Translations under genes and position numbers: made by a program
In this document: one piece after another, positions 10,054-21,023 of the stretch
Numbering within the stretch: position 1 is the stretch's first letter
How the letters are laid out: each line of letters begins with the position of its first letter
Notes under the pieces: model-generated
The model's database searches: none
The model's input: only the letters and a program-made list of their open reading frames with translations
Told to the model about the DNA's origin: nothing
Origin: Vicinamibacterales bacterium
GTDB taxonomy: Bacteria > Acidobacteriota > Vicinamibacteria > Vicinamibacterales > CAVVIG01
Direction of reading: 5' to 3'
DNA length: 64,000 nt
Assembly (NCBI GenBank): GCA_050183995.1
Contig: JBFXAT010000014.1
Span: forward strand, 7,382 to 71,381

Positions 10054-12507
10054 ATGAATCTCAGGAGTGTGCCTGCGAGCCTCGCGGCTCTGGCATGTGT
10101 GGCGATGCTGGGCATCGCCCCGGCCGCGGCTGCACAGGAGCCGACCAGCATCAGTGGATCTGTCGTCGACCAATCCGGCGGCGCCGTCGTCGATGCGGCG
10201 GTGACGGTCGTCTCGATCGGCGGAACTGGACAATTCCGAACCACGACCGACAGCCGCGGAGCGTTCAGCGTGTCGAACCTCCCGCCGGGCCGCTACGTGG
10301 TCCGGGTGGAGCAGAAACTCTTCACCCCTGCACGCCTCGACGTCGACGTCGTCGACGGCGTCGTGGCGCCGCCCGTTCGCGTGGTGCTCGCCGTCAGCGG
10401 GCTCAGCGAAGTCGTGGACATCCAGGCTCCCGGCGGATTCGTCAGCCGTGCCGCGACCACCGCGACCAAGACCGACGTGCCGCTGTTCGACATCCCGGTG
10501 GCCGCGAGCATCGTCCCGCGGGCGATTCTCGATCAGCAGAAGACGGCCAGCCTGAAGGACGTTCTCCAGAACGTCAGCAGCGTACAGGCCGAGAACGGCG
10601 GCAGCGCCGGCAACCAGTTCATCATTCGCGGCTTCTCGAACGGCGGCGTCGTGCTGCGCGACTCCCTGAATGCGGTGACCGCCGCGGGGTATCGAACCGA
10701 CTTCGACGACTACAACATCGAACGGGTCGAAGTGCTCAAGGGGCCAGGGTCGGTGCTGTTCGGCCGGGCGCAGCCTGGCGGCACGATCAACCTCATCACA
10801 TCTTCCGCCCAAGCGGAGCCGTCCCTCTCGGTCGAGCAGCGGCTCGGATCGTTCGACCAGCGCCGCACCGTCGTGCATGCCACGGGGCCAATGACGAAGA
10901 ACAAGACGCTGCTGGTGCGCGTCGACGCGGTCTACGAAGACAGCCACTCGTTCCGCGACTATGTCATGCAGGGGCGGAAAGGGTTCAACCCGCGCGTGAC
11001 GTGGCGGCCCAGTGACGCCACCGTGCTGACGGCCAGCTATGAACGCGTTCGCATGGACTACCAGTTCGACCGCGGACAGGTGGCCATCGGCACGCGGCCG
11101 GCCGATCTGCCCATCGGTCGGGCGCTGTTCGGCGATCCAGCGAACGACACCGACTTCTTCAACCAGTCCTACTCGTCGACCGAGTTCCGCCGGCGCCTCG
11201 CCCGCGGGTGGACGATCCGTCACCGCTACCTGCGTTCGGTGCGTGACTCGACGGACGTGGAGCTCAACGCGATCAGTTCCACGACACCGCTCCTCGCCGA
11301 TGGGCGCACGCTGCCGCGTGGCCTCTTCTCGCAGGTGTCGGACACCGATCTGCACACGACGAATCTCGATCTCATGGGTGACTTCTTCACCGGGCGCGTT
11401 CGCCATCGAACGCTGGTCGGATACGACTTCCTCCGCGACTTCACGAACTACAGCGCCGCCGGCCTGTTCAACACTGCGGCGACGGTGAACCCGGCGCTCA
11501 ATCTGGACATCTTCGCTCCGGTCTATACCTTGACGACCGGGCTGTTCGCGCAGGCGCTGGACAATGCCTTGAACGGCGTCCACAACTACTCGGTGTTCTG
11601 GAACAAGAACTCCGGGGTGTACGTGCAGGACCAGCTGACACTGCCGCGGCGGATCCACGTCCTGCTCGGTGGACGCTACGACTGGGCCAACACCGCCAGG
11701 GGGAATGGGGCGTCGCTCGCGGCGGCCGCAGGTGTGTGGCAGAGCCAGAAGCGGCACGACGAGGCGTTCAGCCCTCGCGTCGGCGCGGTCTACCAGCCGG
11801 TCACGTGGCTCGGCGTGTACACCAGCTTCACGCGTTCCTTCGGTTCCAACAACGGCATCTCGGCGACCGGCGAGGTGTTCCCGCCGCAGCGTGGCGAGCA
11901 GGTCGAGGGGGGCGTCAAGACGGAATGGTTCGGCGGCACCCTGTCGGCGACGGTCGCAGCGTTTCACCTGAAGCAGACCAACCTGCTGATCGCCAATCTG
12001 GCGACGCCCGATCCGACGGACGTCGTCCTTGCCGGCGACCGGCGCAGCAAGGGGATCGAGCTCGATCTGCTCGGGAAGGTCTCCAGCCACCTGAGTGCGA
12101 CGGCCAGTTACGCCTACACGGGCCGCGCGTGGGTTGCCGGTGACAACCCGCCGTCACTTGGCGGCGTGGCCGGCAACCTGCTTCCGAACGTCCCACGTCA
12201 TCGCGGGACGTTCTGGCTCTCGTACGGCGCCAAGACGAAAACGTCGGAGCCAATGCAGTTCGGACTGGGTGTGCTCTTCTCCGGCAAACGGTTCGGCGAT
12301 ATCCAGAACTCGTTCGAACTGCCCGGCTACGTTCGACTCGACGGATCGGCGGGCTACACCTTCAAGGCCGGTCGATCGCGGCTGACCGTGCAGCTCAATG
12401 CACGCAACCTGTTCAACACGAAGTACTACGAATACGCGAGCAACAGGACGAGCATCATCCCCGGCACGCCGAGGGCCGTGCTGTTGTCGACGGCGGTCGC
12501 GTTCTGA
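10054..12507 (+). CDS. TonB-dependent siderophore-type receptor
   Basis: Signal peptide, carboxypeptidase-regulatory-like domain, plug (ATKTDVPL...IERVEVLKGPGSVLFG), NLFNTKYY and terminal Phe. Confidence 0.95.
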   Translation: MNLRSVPASLAALACVAMLGIAPAAAAQEPTSISGSVVDQSGGAVVDAAVTVVSIGGTGQFRTTTDSRGAFSVSNLPPGRYVVRVEQKLFTPARLDVDVVDGVVAPPVRVVLAVSGLSEVVDIQAPGGFVSRAATTATKTDVPLFDIPVAASIVPRAILDQQKTASLKDVLQNVSSVQAENGGSAGNQFIIRGFSNGGVVLRDSLNAVTAAGYRTDFDDYNIERVEVLKGPGSVLFGRAQPGGTINLITSSAQAEPSLSVEQRLGSFDQRRTVVHATGPMTKNKTLLVRVDAVYEDSHSFRDYVMQGRKGFNPRVTWRPSDATVLTASYERVRMDYQFDRGQVAIGTRPADLPIGRALFGDPANDTDFFNQSYSSTEFRRRLARGWTIRHRYLRSVRDSTDVELNAISSTTPLLADGRTLPRGLFSQVSDTDLHTTNLDLMGDFFTGRVRHRTLVGYDFLRDFTNYSAAGLFNTAATVNPALNLDIFAPVYTLTTGLFAQALDNALNGVHNYSVFWNKNSGVYVQDQLTLPRRIHVLLGGRYDWANTARGNGASLAAAAGVWQSQKRHDEAFSPRVGAVYQPVTWLGVYTSFTRSFGSNNGISATGEVFPPQRGEQVEGGVKTEWFGGTLSATVAAFHLKQTNLLIANLATPDPTDVVLAGDRRSKGIELDLLGKVSSHLSATASYAYTGRAWVAGDNPPSLGGVAGNLLPNVPRHRGTFWLSYGAKTKTSEPMQFGLGVLFSGKRFGDIQNSFELPGYVRLDGSAGYTFKAGRSRLTVQLNARNLFNTKYYEYASNRTSIIPGTPRAVLLSTAVAF

Positions 12508-12542
12508 CGGCGCCTTCCGCGCAGCGCGCAACGCACCACGTC

Positions 12543-13820
12543 ATGCGAAACACCCTCGTCCTTCTGCACCGCTACGCGGGCCTCGCGATGACCGCGTTCC
12601 TGGTCATCGTCGGCCTCACGGGCAGCATCCTGGCGTTCTCGACCTCGCTGGAGCGGCTGATCGCTCCTGAGCTGTTTGCGCGTGCGAACGGCGGTACGCC
12701 GCTCGATGCGGCGGCCCTCATCGAGCGCGGGCAGGCGCTCGATCCCCGGCTGCGCGTCGTGGGGGTGTCGGTCAAGGACGGCGACCGCGCGCTGCTGCAT
12801 TTCATCCCGCGCGTCGATCCGGCAACCGGCAAGCGGTATCAGCTCGATTTCAACCAGCTCTTCATCGATCCGTTCACCGGGCGTGAGCTGGCCCGGCGCC
12901 GGCTCGGCGACCTGTCGCAGGGACGAATCAACTGGATGCCGTTCGTCCTCGACCTGCACATGAACCTGGTGCTGCCGAGGCCCATCGGCGGGCCACTGCT
13001 GGGGTGGATTGCGCTGCTCTGGACGCTGGATTGCTTCGTCGCGCTCTACCTCACATGGCCACGACGGCACTCGCCGTCCACGCGTGGAACCGGTGCGAGC
13101 TGGCTCGCACGGTGGGTGTCGTTCTGGTGGGTGAAGTGGGACCGCTCGACGTTCCGCCTGAACTTCGATCTCCATCGCGCCAGCGGCTTGTGGACCTGGC
13201 TGCTGATGCTGATGTTCGCGTGGTCGAGCGTGTACCTGAATCTGCACCGCGTCTACGCGCCGGTCACCAGGGCATTCCTCGACTATCCCGCGAACAACAA
13301 CAACATGGGAGGGGGACCGCCACGGCTCGCCGAGCCACTGGATGCTCCCGCGTTGGACTGGTCCCAGGCACAGGAGCATGCCACCGCGGAGCTGACCAAG
13401 GTGGGCTTGAACGTCAGACGTGTCGAGTCTCTGTCCTACAGCCCCGCACAAGGCGTCTACACGTTCCGCGTGGCGACGAACCTGGACATCCAGACGGTTG
13501 GCGGCCGGACCTTCGTCATGGTGGACGGCAACACCGGGTCGCTCGCCCAGCTGCGACTGCCCTCCGGACAGCACAGCGGCCTGACCTTCACCAACTGGAT
13601 CTACGCCCTGCACATGGCCAACGTCTTTGGCCTGCCGTATCGCATCCTGGTCTTCGTCTCCGGTCTCGTGCTCACGCTGTTGTCGGTGACGGGGGTGTAC
13701 ATCTGGTTGAAGAAGCGCTCGTTCAGGAAGCATGCCTCGACTCTGGCGGCGCGCAGCCGCGCCGAGATCGACACGGGCGCACCGGCCTCGGTGGCTCCGT
13801 GCTCCGACGGAGGGCGTTGA
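12543..13820 (+). CDS. PepSY-associated TM-helix protein (FoxB/PiuB-like iron reductase family)
   Basis: LHRYAGL...GLTGSILAF, DLHRASG and WIYALH motifs; directly follows the receptor. Confidence 0.9.
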   Translation: MRNTLVLLHRYAGLAMTAFLVIVGLTGSILAFSTSLERLIAPELFARANGGTPLDAAALIERGQALDPRLRVVGVSVKDGDRALLHFIPRVDPATGKRYQLDFNQLFIDPFTGRELARRRLGDLSQGRINWMPFVLDLHMNLVLPRPIGGPLLGWIALLWTLDCFVALYLTWPRRHSPSTRGTGASWLARWVSFWWVKWDRSTFRLNFDLHRASGLWTWLLMLMFAWSSVYLNLHRVYAPVTRAFLDYPANNNNMGGGPPRLAEPLDAPALDWSQAQEHATAELTKVGLNVRRVESLSYSPAQGVYTFRVATNLDIQTVGGRTFVMVDGNTGSLAQLRLPSGQHSGLTFTNWIYALHMANVFGLPYRILVFVSGLVLTLLSVTGVYIWLKKRSFRKHASTLAARSRAEIDTGAPASVAPCSDGGR

Positions 13821-13824
13821 CGCC

Positions 13825-14296
13825 ATGTCCGCACGAGCGCGCCGTTACGCGCTCCTCTGGCATCGCTTTGCTGGACTCTTCATGGCCGTGTTCCTCGCCG
13901 TCGCCGGACTGACCGGCAGCATCCTGGCCTTTCGCCAGGAGATCGATCGCATGGTCGCTCCGCAGCTTTACGCGACACCGCGCCCGGGTGTTCGCAGCTT
14001 GCCGTTGCACCGCGCCCGCGGGCTGTGGCTCTGGCCGATGCTCTTCGTTTTCGCGTGGTCGAGTGTCATGTTCACACCGGCGAGCCGCTGTTGTTGCTCG
14101 TCGGCCGGGGACAGCACACAAGCAACACCATCGAGACATGGCTCGCCGCGCTCCACACGACGAGAGGGCTGGGCCGCTGGTATCAGATCGTCGTGGCCGC
14201 CTTCGGTCTCGTGACGGCCATGTTCTCGGTGACAGGGGTTTACGTGTGGTGGAAGAAGCGGAAGATCCGGCGGCGCCGGACGCTCCAGTCGCGACA

Positions 14297-14312
<16 letters not shown>
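13825..14312 (+). pseudogene. Internally deleted, frameshifted second PepSY-TM gene
   Basis: WHRFAGL...GLTGSILAF joins directly to LHRARGLWLW; the C-terminal WLAALH...VTGVYVWWKKR is in another frame. Confidence 0.8.
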
Positions 14313-14827
<515 letters not shown>

Positions 14828-14962
14828 ACGACCTCCTTTCCTCACGCAGCATATCCGCCTTCACCACGAGCGAGGCCGTGGACTCTCGGTGCTGCGGTGG
14901 AGTGGCGGGATTTGACAGCGCCTCCGGACGTCCTGGCCGCACGATCGCTACCGTTGGGCTGA

Positions 14963-17695
14963 TCACTCGCACGGCACGAACCCCGGTGGCGCGTCCCGCC
15001 AGTCGACCAGAATCACGACCATGCCCCTCCATGCCTGCCGGGGTTCGAAACACCCGCGCTCCGGAAACGTCCGCCGCAGCCGCGCCAGTTCGACGTCGAC
15101 GATCTGCATGGCCAGAATCGGACGCGTGTCCTTCTTCGGCGGGCGCTCCAACACGTCCTGCAGGCGGATCCGCCGCAGCTCCGATCCACCACCCGAATGA
15201 AAGTAGTACTGGTGAACGCGACCTGGTGATGACATCCAGCAATAGGGCCGGCACGTGTCCGACGCCGCCACGAGCGATGCCATGGCCCTCCAGTCCTGCC
15301 GTGGCGCCCATCGCTCTTCCATCATCCGCGTGGCGTGTACGCCGGCATCCCACGTCCACGCGCCGACGAGCACGACGATGAGCGCAGCCTGCCAGAACGC
15401 GGTGCGGGCACGCCACGCCGCGGCAACCAGGTCGCCGTAGAGCAGCGCGACCGCAGGGAGGAGCACGATGTAGTTGCGCGGCACCGATACGGGCGTATGC
15501 AGGTCGAGCAGCATCGCCAGCGCGATGGCGGCAACGATCCGTGCCGTCAACGCGTTGATCCGGGAACGGCTCGTTTCGTCCGCGACGATCCAGGCCCAGA
15601 CAGCGGCACCGGCCAGCACGACGCCCCACAGCCATCGGACGTGCGATGCGAGAAACATGAAGGAATCGCTGACCGGTCCGTCTGACAACCCGAACAGCGC
15701 CGCGGCAGCGATCGCGGCGGTCTCGAGCGGCCCGTTCACCTGGATCCAGAACGCCCCGCCAAGACTGTCGGCCAGACCGCCGGACACCAGTGCGCCCAGC
15801 GGCCAGGCACACATGAGCATGCCGGCGATCGCCGCGCGGCCGATCCGGCGGCGGTCGATGCCGGCCCGCAGCAGGTCTCCCACCATGAGCACGGCACCGT
15901 AGAGCAGACCGAAATAGTGCACCAGCGCCAGCACGATGAGCACGCCGTACCACAGCGGGTCGGTGACGGTCTCGCGCGTATCGGCCCGTCTCCGGTCGAG
16001 CACGGTTGCGATCGTCGAGATCAACAGGAGAAGGGCGTACGGCCGCACCTCCTGCGCGTAGTAGCTGAAGAGCCAGCAGCTGACGAAGAAGATCGATCCG
16101 GCAACAGCCGCAGCGGGAGCGAGGCGCCGGCCGGCCCTGACGAAGATCCCGAACGCTCCGAACGCACAGAGGAGACTGAAGAGCCGCAGGGCAGGTTCAG
16201 AGATGCCGGCTTCACGCGCCCAAAGGGCGAGGACGGTGAGGTAGAGAGGTGGATTCGTGGCCTCGCCAGCGACGGCACGCGCCACACTCGCCCACGTCTC
16301 GCTCACGACGGTCGCCGAGTACAGCTCGTCGAACCAAAGCGAGTACGGCGCCCAGCTGTTCCAGGCGGCCAAGACGAGAAACGGGGCGCAACACACGACG
16401 ACGGCCCAGCACCACGCAAGATGCACGCTGCTGTCGGCCCACGAGCGGGCCAGCGGATCACGCCGCATCGGGCCGTCGGCGTGCCGCTCGACGGCCGATT
16501 CCCCCGCGGCTCCGCCCTTGCGTCCGACGTCTTCGCTGCCGCGCCCGCGGACGCGCCGGCTCACCACTCGGCTGAGCACCATGAACGGCTTTTCGATGAC
16601 GACGTACAGGAGAGTGGACACCAGGACGACAGGCGGCACGAGCAGCACACATTGAATGAAGAGGTCCATCGAGAGCGGCACCGCCCGCGAGGACAGCGTC
16701 ATCGTCCACGGCGCCAGCAGTTCGATGATCAGGAAGTGATAGAGATAGATCGTGTAGCACATGCCGCCGATCACGACGATCCAGCGGTTGGTGATGCACG
16801 CGTGCCCCACACGTCCAATTGCGAGGCCGGCGTACAGCGCGACGATCAGCAGCGGCGTCAGGTAGTAGTAGTCGTAGCGCCTGGTCAGAATCAGAAAGAT
16901 CGCCGCGCCGGACGCGCCTGACAGCGCGTCGCCCCACCAGGCTCGAGGGAGCTCGGCGGCTCGTGTGTCGTACACGTCCGCCAGGAGAAGGCCGGCCAGG
17001 AAGAAGTGCAGGTAGTTGAGCAGGCTCATCGCGAGCCGCGGATGCGTCTCGTCGCGGATGAAGTGCAGCGCCATCCAGGCCAGGCCCACGGTCGCACCCG
17101 AGATCAGCGCCCGTCTCCAGAACCGCGACGGGATCGCGAGCAGCAGCGCGAGCAGCGGCATCACCAGATAGAACTGGACCTCCACTTCGAGCGACCAGGC
17201 CACACCATTGACCCAGCTCGCCTGCCCGAAGATCCACCCGTGCAGATAGGCGAGGCTCGCCCACAGGTGCGGCACGAATGTCCGCCACCCGGGATTGGTC
17301 AGCACGATCGCGCCGAACGCGACGATCATGCTGACGACGTAGGGCGCCTCCAGGCGGACGACACGCCGCAGGTAATACGCCGCGAGGTTCGGCCGCGGCG
17401 CTCCTGTCCGAAAGGCGCGCGCGAACGGCAGCGCGAGAATGAAGCCGCTGAGGACGAAGAACAGCGGCACGCCGAAGTGGCCGGCGTAGCCGACGGCGAC
17501 CGCCTTCGATCTCGGGAAGACGTCCCACCATTGGGCGGGCAGGGCCACCTCGCCGAGCCGCTTCGTCGTGCGCAGGTACGACGCCGTGATGTGGTGGAGG
17601 ACGATGGCGCCGATCGCCAGCGTCCGGAGTCCATCGACCTCGGGAATGAACTCGCCCGTGCTCGTCGTACGCAGGAGTCGCTGGCGCAGGCTCAT
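14963..17695 (-). CDS. Fusion of OafA-type acyltransferase-3 and GT-C (ArnT/PMT-like) glycosyltransferase
   Basis: N-half IPEVDGLR, GVPLFFVLSGF, WSLEVEVQFY; C-half LWFDE, NPPLY, YAQEVRPYAL; one continuous 910-aa ORF. Confidence 0.8.
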   Translation of the reverse strand: MSLRQRLLRTTSTGEFIPEVDGLRTLAIGAIVLHHITASYLRTTKRLGEVALPAQWWDVFPRSKAVAVGYAGHFGVPLFFVLSGFILALPFARAFRTGAPRPNLAAYYLRRVVRLEAPYVVSMIVAFGAIVLTNPGWRTFVPHLWASLAYLHGWIFGQASWVNGVAWSLEVEVQFYLVMPLLALLLAIPSRFWRRALISGATVGLAWMALHFIRDETHPRLAMSLLNYLHFFLAGLLLADVYDTRAAELPRAWWGDALSGASGAAIFLILTRRYDYYYLTPLLIVALYAGLAIGRVGHACITNRWIVVIGGMCYTIYLYHFLIIELLAPWTMTLSSRAVPLSMDLFIQCVLLVPPVVLVSTLLYVVIEKPFMVLSRVVSRRVRGRGSEDVGRKGGAAGESAVERHADGPMRRDPLARSWADSSVHLAWCWAVVVCCAPFLVLAAWNSWAPYSLWFDELYSATVVSETWASVARAVAGEATNPPLYLTVLALWAREAGISEPALRLFSLLCAFGAFGIFVRAGRRLAPAAAVAGSIFFVSCWLFSYYAQEVRPYALLLLISTIATVLDRRRADTRETVTDPLWYGVLIVLALVHYFGLLYGAVLMVGDLLRAGIDRRRIGRAAIAGMLMCAWPLGALVSGGLADSLGGAFWIQVNGPLETAAIAAAALFGLSDGPVSDSFMFLASHVRWLWGVVLAGAAVWAWIVADETSRSRINALTARIVAAIALAMLLDLHTPVSVPRNYIVLLPAVALLYGDLVAAAWRARTAFWQAALIVVLVGAWTWDAGVHATRMMEERWAPRQDWRAMASLVAASDTCRPYCWMSSPGRVHQYYFHSGGGSELRRIRLQDVLERPPKKDTRPILAMQIVDVELARLRRTFPERGCFEPRQAWRGMVVILVDWRDAPPGFVPCE

Positions 17696-17743
17696 CCTCG
17701 TTCCGCGCTCGTTCGGCGTGCCCGTTGCCAGTGACCGGACGCG

Positions 17744-19114
17744 TCAGGCCCTCGGCGGGACCGACGGCAGACCGGCGAGCGCCATCGCGAGCTCCGCTTC
17801 GTCGTAGCTGCGGTCCTCGAGCTTGCCTGCGAAGTAGTCCTGGTAGGCCGTCATGTCGAAGTGGCCGTGTCCACAGAGGTTGAAGAGGATCGCCTTCGAG
17901 ATGCCCTCCTCCCGGCACTTCACCGCCTCGTCGATCGCGCCTTTCACCGCGTGGTTCGCTTCGGGCGCTGGCACGATCCCTTCGGACCGCGCGAACAGCA
18001 CACCGGCTTCGAAGCATTGCGTCTGCAGAGCCGCCCGGGCTTCGATGAGGCCGAGCTCCTTCACGTGCGACACGAGCGGCGCCATGCCGTGGTACCGGAG
18101 TCCGCCGGCGTGAAACCCCGGAGGGACGAACGAGGATCCGAGCGTGTGCATCTTCGCGAGCGGAGTCATCTTGCCGGTGTCGCCGAAGTCATACGCGTAC
18201 ACGCCGCGAGTCAGGCTCGGGCACGCCGCCGGCTCGACCGCGACGACGCGCACGCGACGCCCTCCTCGCAGCGACTGGCCGATGAACGGGAAGGCGATGC
18301 CGGCGAAGTTCGATCCGCCGCCGGTGCAGCCGACGACGATGTCGGGGTAGTCGCCGGCCATGTCGAGCTGCTCGATCGCCTCCTGGCCGATGATCGTCTG
18401 GTGCAGGAGCACGTGGTTCAGCACCGACCCGAGGGCATATTTCGTGTCGTCGTGCGTAGCCGCGACTTCAACGGCCTCCGAGATCGCGATGCCGAGACTG
18501 CCCGGGCTGTCGGGCATGTGCGCGAGCACGGAGCGCCCGTAGTTGGTCTCCATCGAAGGGCTGGGAATGCACTTCGCGCCGAAGGTCTCCATGAACAGAC
18601 GGCGGTAGGGCTTCTGGTTGTAGGACACCCGCACCATGAACACCTGGATGTCGATCCCGAACAGCGCGCCGGCGAACGAGAGCGACGAGCCCCATTGCCC
18701 GGCGCCGGTCTCGGTCGTGATCTTCCGGACGCCCGCTTCCTTGTTGTAGAAGGCCTGTGCGACGGCGGTGTTCGGCTTGTGGCTGCCCGCCGGACTGACG
18801 CCTTCGTACTTGTAATAGATGCGGGCCGGCGTCTGGAGCGCCTGCTCGAGCCGCCGGGCGCGGAACAGCGGCGTCGGCCGCCACTGGCGGTACACGTCGC
18901 GGACGGGCTCCGGAATCGGGATCTCGCGCTCGGTCGAGACCTCCTGCTGGATCAGCGACATCGGGAAGAGCGGCGCCAAATCGTCCGGTCCCACCGGCTT
19001 CATCGTCCCCGGATGGAGCACGGGCGGCGGCGGAGCCGGCAGGTCGGCCGCGATGTTGTACCAGACCTTCGGGATGCGAGATTCGTCGAGCAGATACTTG
19101 ATCGTGTCGCTCAT
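17744..19114 (-). CDS. trpB: Tryptophan synthase beta chain 2 (TrpB2), stand-alone
   Basis: [14 protein letters not shown] lysine, [15 protein letters not shown] and NLCGHGHFD motifs. Confidence 0.93.
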   Translation of the reverse strand: MSDTIKYLLDESRIPKVWYNIAADLPAPPPPVLHPGTMKPVGPDDLAPLFPMSLIQQEVSTEREIPIPEPVRDVYRQWRPTPLFRARRLEQALQTPARIYYKYEGVSPAGSHKPNTAVAQAFYNKEAGVRKITTETGAGQWGSSLSFAGALFGIDIQVFMVRVSYNQKPYRRLFMETFGAKCIPSPSMETNYGRSVLAHMPDSPGSLGIAISEAVEVAATHDDTKYALGSVLNHVLLHQTIIGQEAIEQLDMAGDYPDIVVGCTGGGSNFAGIAFPFIGQSLRGGRRVRVVAVEPAACPSLTRGVYAYDFGDTGKMTPLAKMHTLGSSFVPPGFHAGGLRYHGMAPLVSHVKELGLIEARAALQTQCFEAGVLFARSEGIVPAPEANHAVKGAIDEAVKCREEGISKAILFNLCGHGHFDMTAYQDYFAGKLEDRSYDEAELAMALAGLPSVPPRA

Positions 19115-19377
19115 GGCTTCCTCGAGATGATCGAATGCCGAGTGGGGAAGTCGTCCTTGGGGAGGGTCTCGTGCCCCGCCCGGGCTCGCTGACTGTACGA
19201 CGGCGCGCGGCGGCGGACAACAGCCCCTCGGTCCGCCCGCGGCGGTGATTGGGCTTGCAGTCCGCTTCCTGTCGTGCGATTCTGCGCCGCTACGGCCGAG
19301 GTTGGGAATCAGGGCCGCTGTCGGTCGAAATGTTCGCGGCGCGATCTCGTACGTCGGCATCGCGCACGGAGGCACTC

Positions 19378-19800
19378 GTGGCGGATGAAGAGGTCATTTG
19401 GGAGGGACGGCCGTCGCAGTGGACGAACTTCTGGGCGTTCGCCGCTGGCATCCTGCTGTGCTGGCTCGTCGTCCCCCTCGTCTACGCCATCGTCGCCTAT
19501 CTGAGGACGCGGGCCAGGGGCTACACGCTGACGTCGCAGCGGCTGTTTCTCAGTGAGGGCGTCCTGACCAGGCGGACTGACGAGCTCGAGCTGTTTCGCG
19601 TGAGGGACACGGTCGTCGTGGAACCGTTCCTCATGCGCCTGATTGGGTTGGGCAACGTGATCATCAACACGAACGACGTCACGACGCCGACCATCGTCAT
19701 CCAGGCGGTTGCCAAGCCGCGTCAGGTGAGAGAGTTCGTTCGCAACACGGTCGAGAGCCGCCGCAAGGACCGGCGGGTCGGCGTAATGGAAGTGAGCTGA
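19378..19800 (+). CDS. Bacterial PH-domain (bPH_2/YdbS-like) membrane protein
   Basis: IWEGRPS, one hydrophobic segment, YTLTSQRL...[17 protein letters not shown]. Confidence 0.8.
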   Translation: MADEEVIWEGRPSQWTNFWAFAAGILLCWLVVPLVYAIVAYLRTRARGYTLTSQRLFLSEGVLTRRTDELELFRVRDTVVVEPFLMRLIGLGNVIINTNDVTTPTIVIQAVAKPRQVREFVRNTVESRRKDRRVGVMEVS

Positions 19801-19840
19801 TCCGCTCGCCAGGACGGACGCGCCCGCCTTCGGGCGACGC

Positions 19841-20761
19841 CTACTGCTCGACCAGGTCCACGCGCCGGTTCTTGGCCTTGCCGTCTTCCGTGCGGTTGGA
19901 GGCGACCGGTGCGAGGGGGCCGGCGCCGTGCGCGCTGAGGCGGCCGGCCTCGACGCCATACGTGCCGGCGAGCTCCTTCACGACCGCCGCGGCACGGTCG
20001 GACGACAGCTTCATGTTCATGTCGAACGCGCCGGTGGAGTCCGTGTGTCCCACCACCATGACGCGCAGATTCGGCCTCGTCTTCAGCAGTCCGGCGACCT
20101 CGTCGAGCGCCGCCTTCGACTCCGGCTTCAGATCCGCTTTCCCGGTGTCGAAGAAGATGTTGTAGACGCTGATGTGGCCATCGCGGTCGAGCCCCGCGGC
20201 CAGTTCGGCAGCCGAAGCGGTGACCAGACCGCCCTCCATGGACTTCGCTTCGATGACGTGGACCGCCGTGCCCGCCGTGTTCACGGCAAGAGCGACCGTC
20301 ACCGTCTGATCGTCCACGCGGCCGCGCACGACGAGCTGTCTGATGTCGCCCGTCCGTCCAGACGCCCAGAGTCCGTTGAACCGCTGCCAGTTCATGGCCC
20401 GGCCGCAGGCGTCCGCCGCACAGCTCCAGAGCGTCTCGAACCCGGAACCGCGCAGGGCTTGCTCGTAGTTGCGATAGATCTCGAGCGCGGAGCGGCCGGC
20501 CGGATTCGCGTACGAAATCTTCGTGACGCGCCCTTCCAGCTGCTGCACGTTGGCCGGTGCGTTGTTCTCGACGCCGAGCGCCAGCTTGTACTCGTCGAAG
20601 TCGACCTGGGAATACGACTGGATGCGTGAACCCGGGTAGCGAGACAGCACCTGGTGATCGGAGCTCCCGCGCGCGTCCGGCCGCGCTGGCTGCGCCGAGA
20701 GCGGCGATGTCATCAGAGCCATCAGTGTGATCACGCCCGGCAGTGTGCACGTTCGTAGCAT
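19841..20761 (-). CDS. OmpA-family peptidoglycan-binding protein with DUF4892-like N-terminus
   Basis: Signal peptide, DHQVLSRYPGS, IFFDTGKA, GHTDSTG...LSSDRA, NRRVDL. Confidence 0.9.
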   Translation of the reverse strand: MLRTCTLPGVITLMALMTSPLSAQPARPDARGSSDHQVLSRYPGSRIQSYSQVDFDEYKLALGVENNAPANVQQLEGRVTKISYANPAGRSALEIYRNYEQALRGSGFETLWSCAADACGRAMNWQRFNGLWASGRTGDIRQLVVRGRVDDQTVTVALAVNTAGTAVHVIEAKSMEGGLVTASAAELAAGLDRDGHISVYNIFFDTGKADLKPESKAALDEVAGLLKTRPNLRVMVVGHTDSTGAFDMNMKLSSDRAAAVVKELAGTYGVEAGRLSAHGAGPLAPVASNRTEDGKAKNRRVDLVEQ

Positions 20762-21023
20762 CGGTCCCAGTTCCCTTCTGCGCCACGGGCCGGATAGGCC
20801 TGGGCGCGGATGGCTGCCGTCCAGGCGGCGACGATCGGCGATGAGTCGTGGACGAAAGCGTGTGACGCTGTGTGTCTTGAGATCAGCGGTGTGTTTTGTG
20901 ATCAAAGTATAGGGCAGTTCGACCCCGCGTCCCGCCCGCCGGTGTCGAGACAGGCATCTCTCTATCGATCGGTGTAGGCCGCGGTGCCTCGCGAGCCGTT
21001 CGCGCGGTGGATGAAGGATCCGT

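Noticed and set aside
17744-19114. Lone trpB without trpA as a novelty
   Set aside because: Stand-alone TrpB2 is a known and widespread arrangement.
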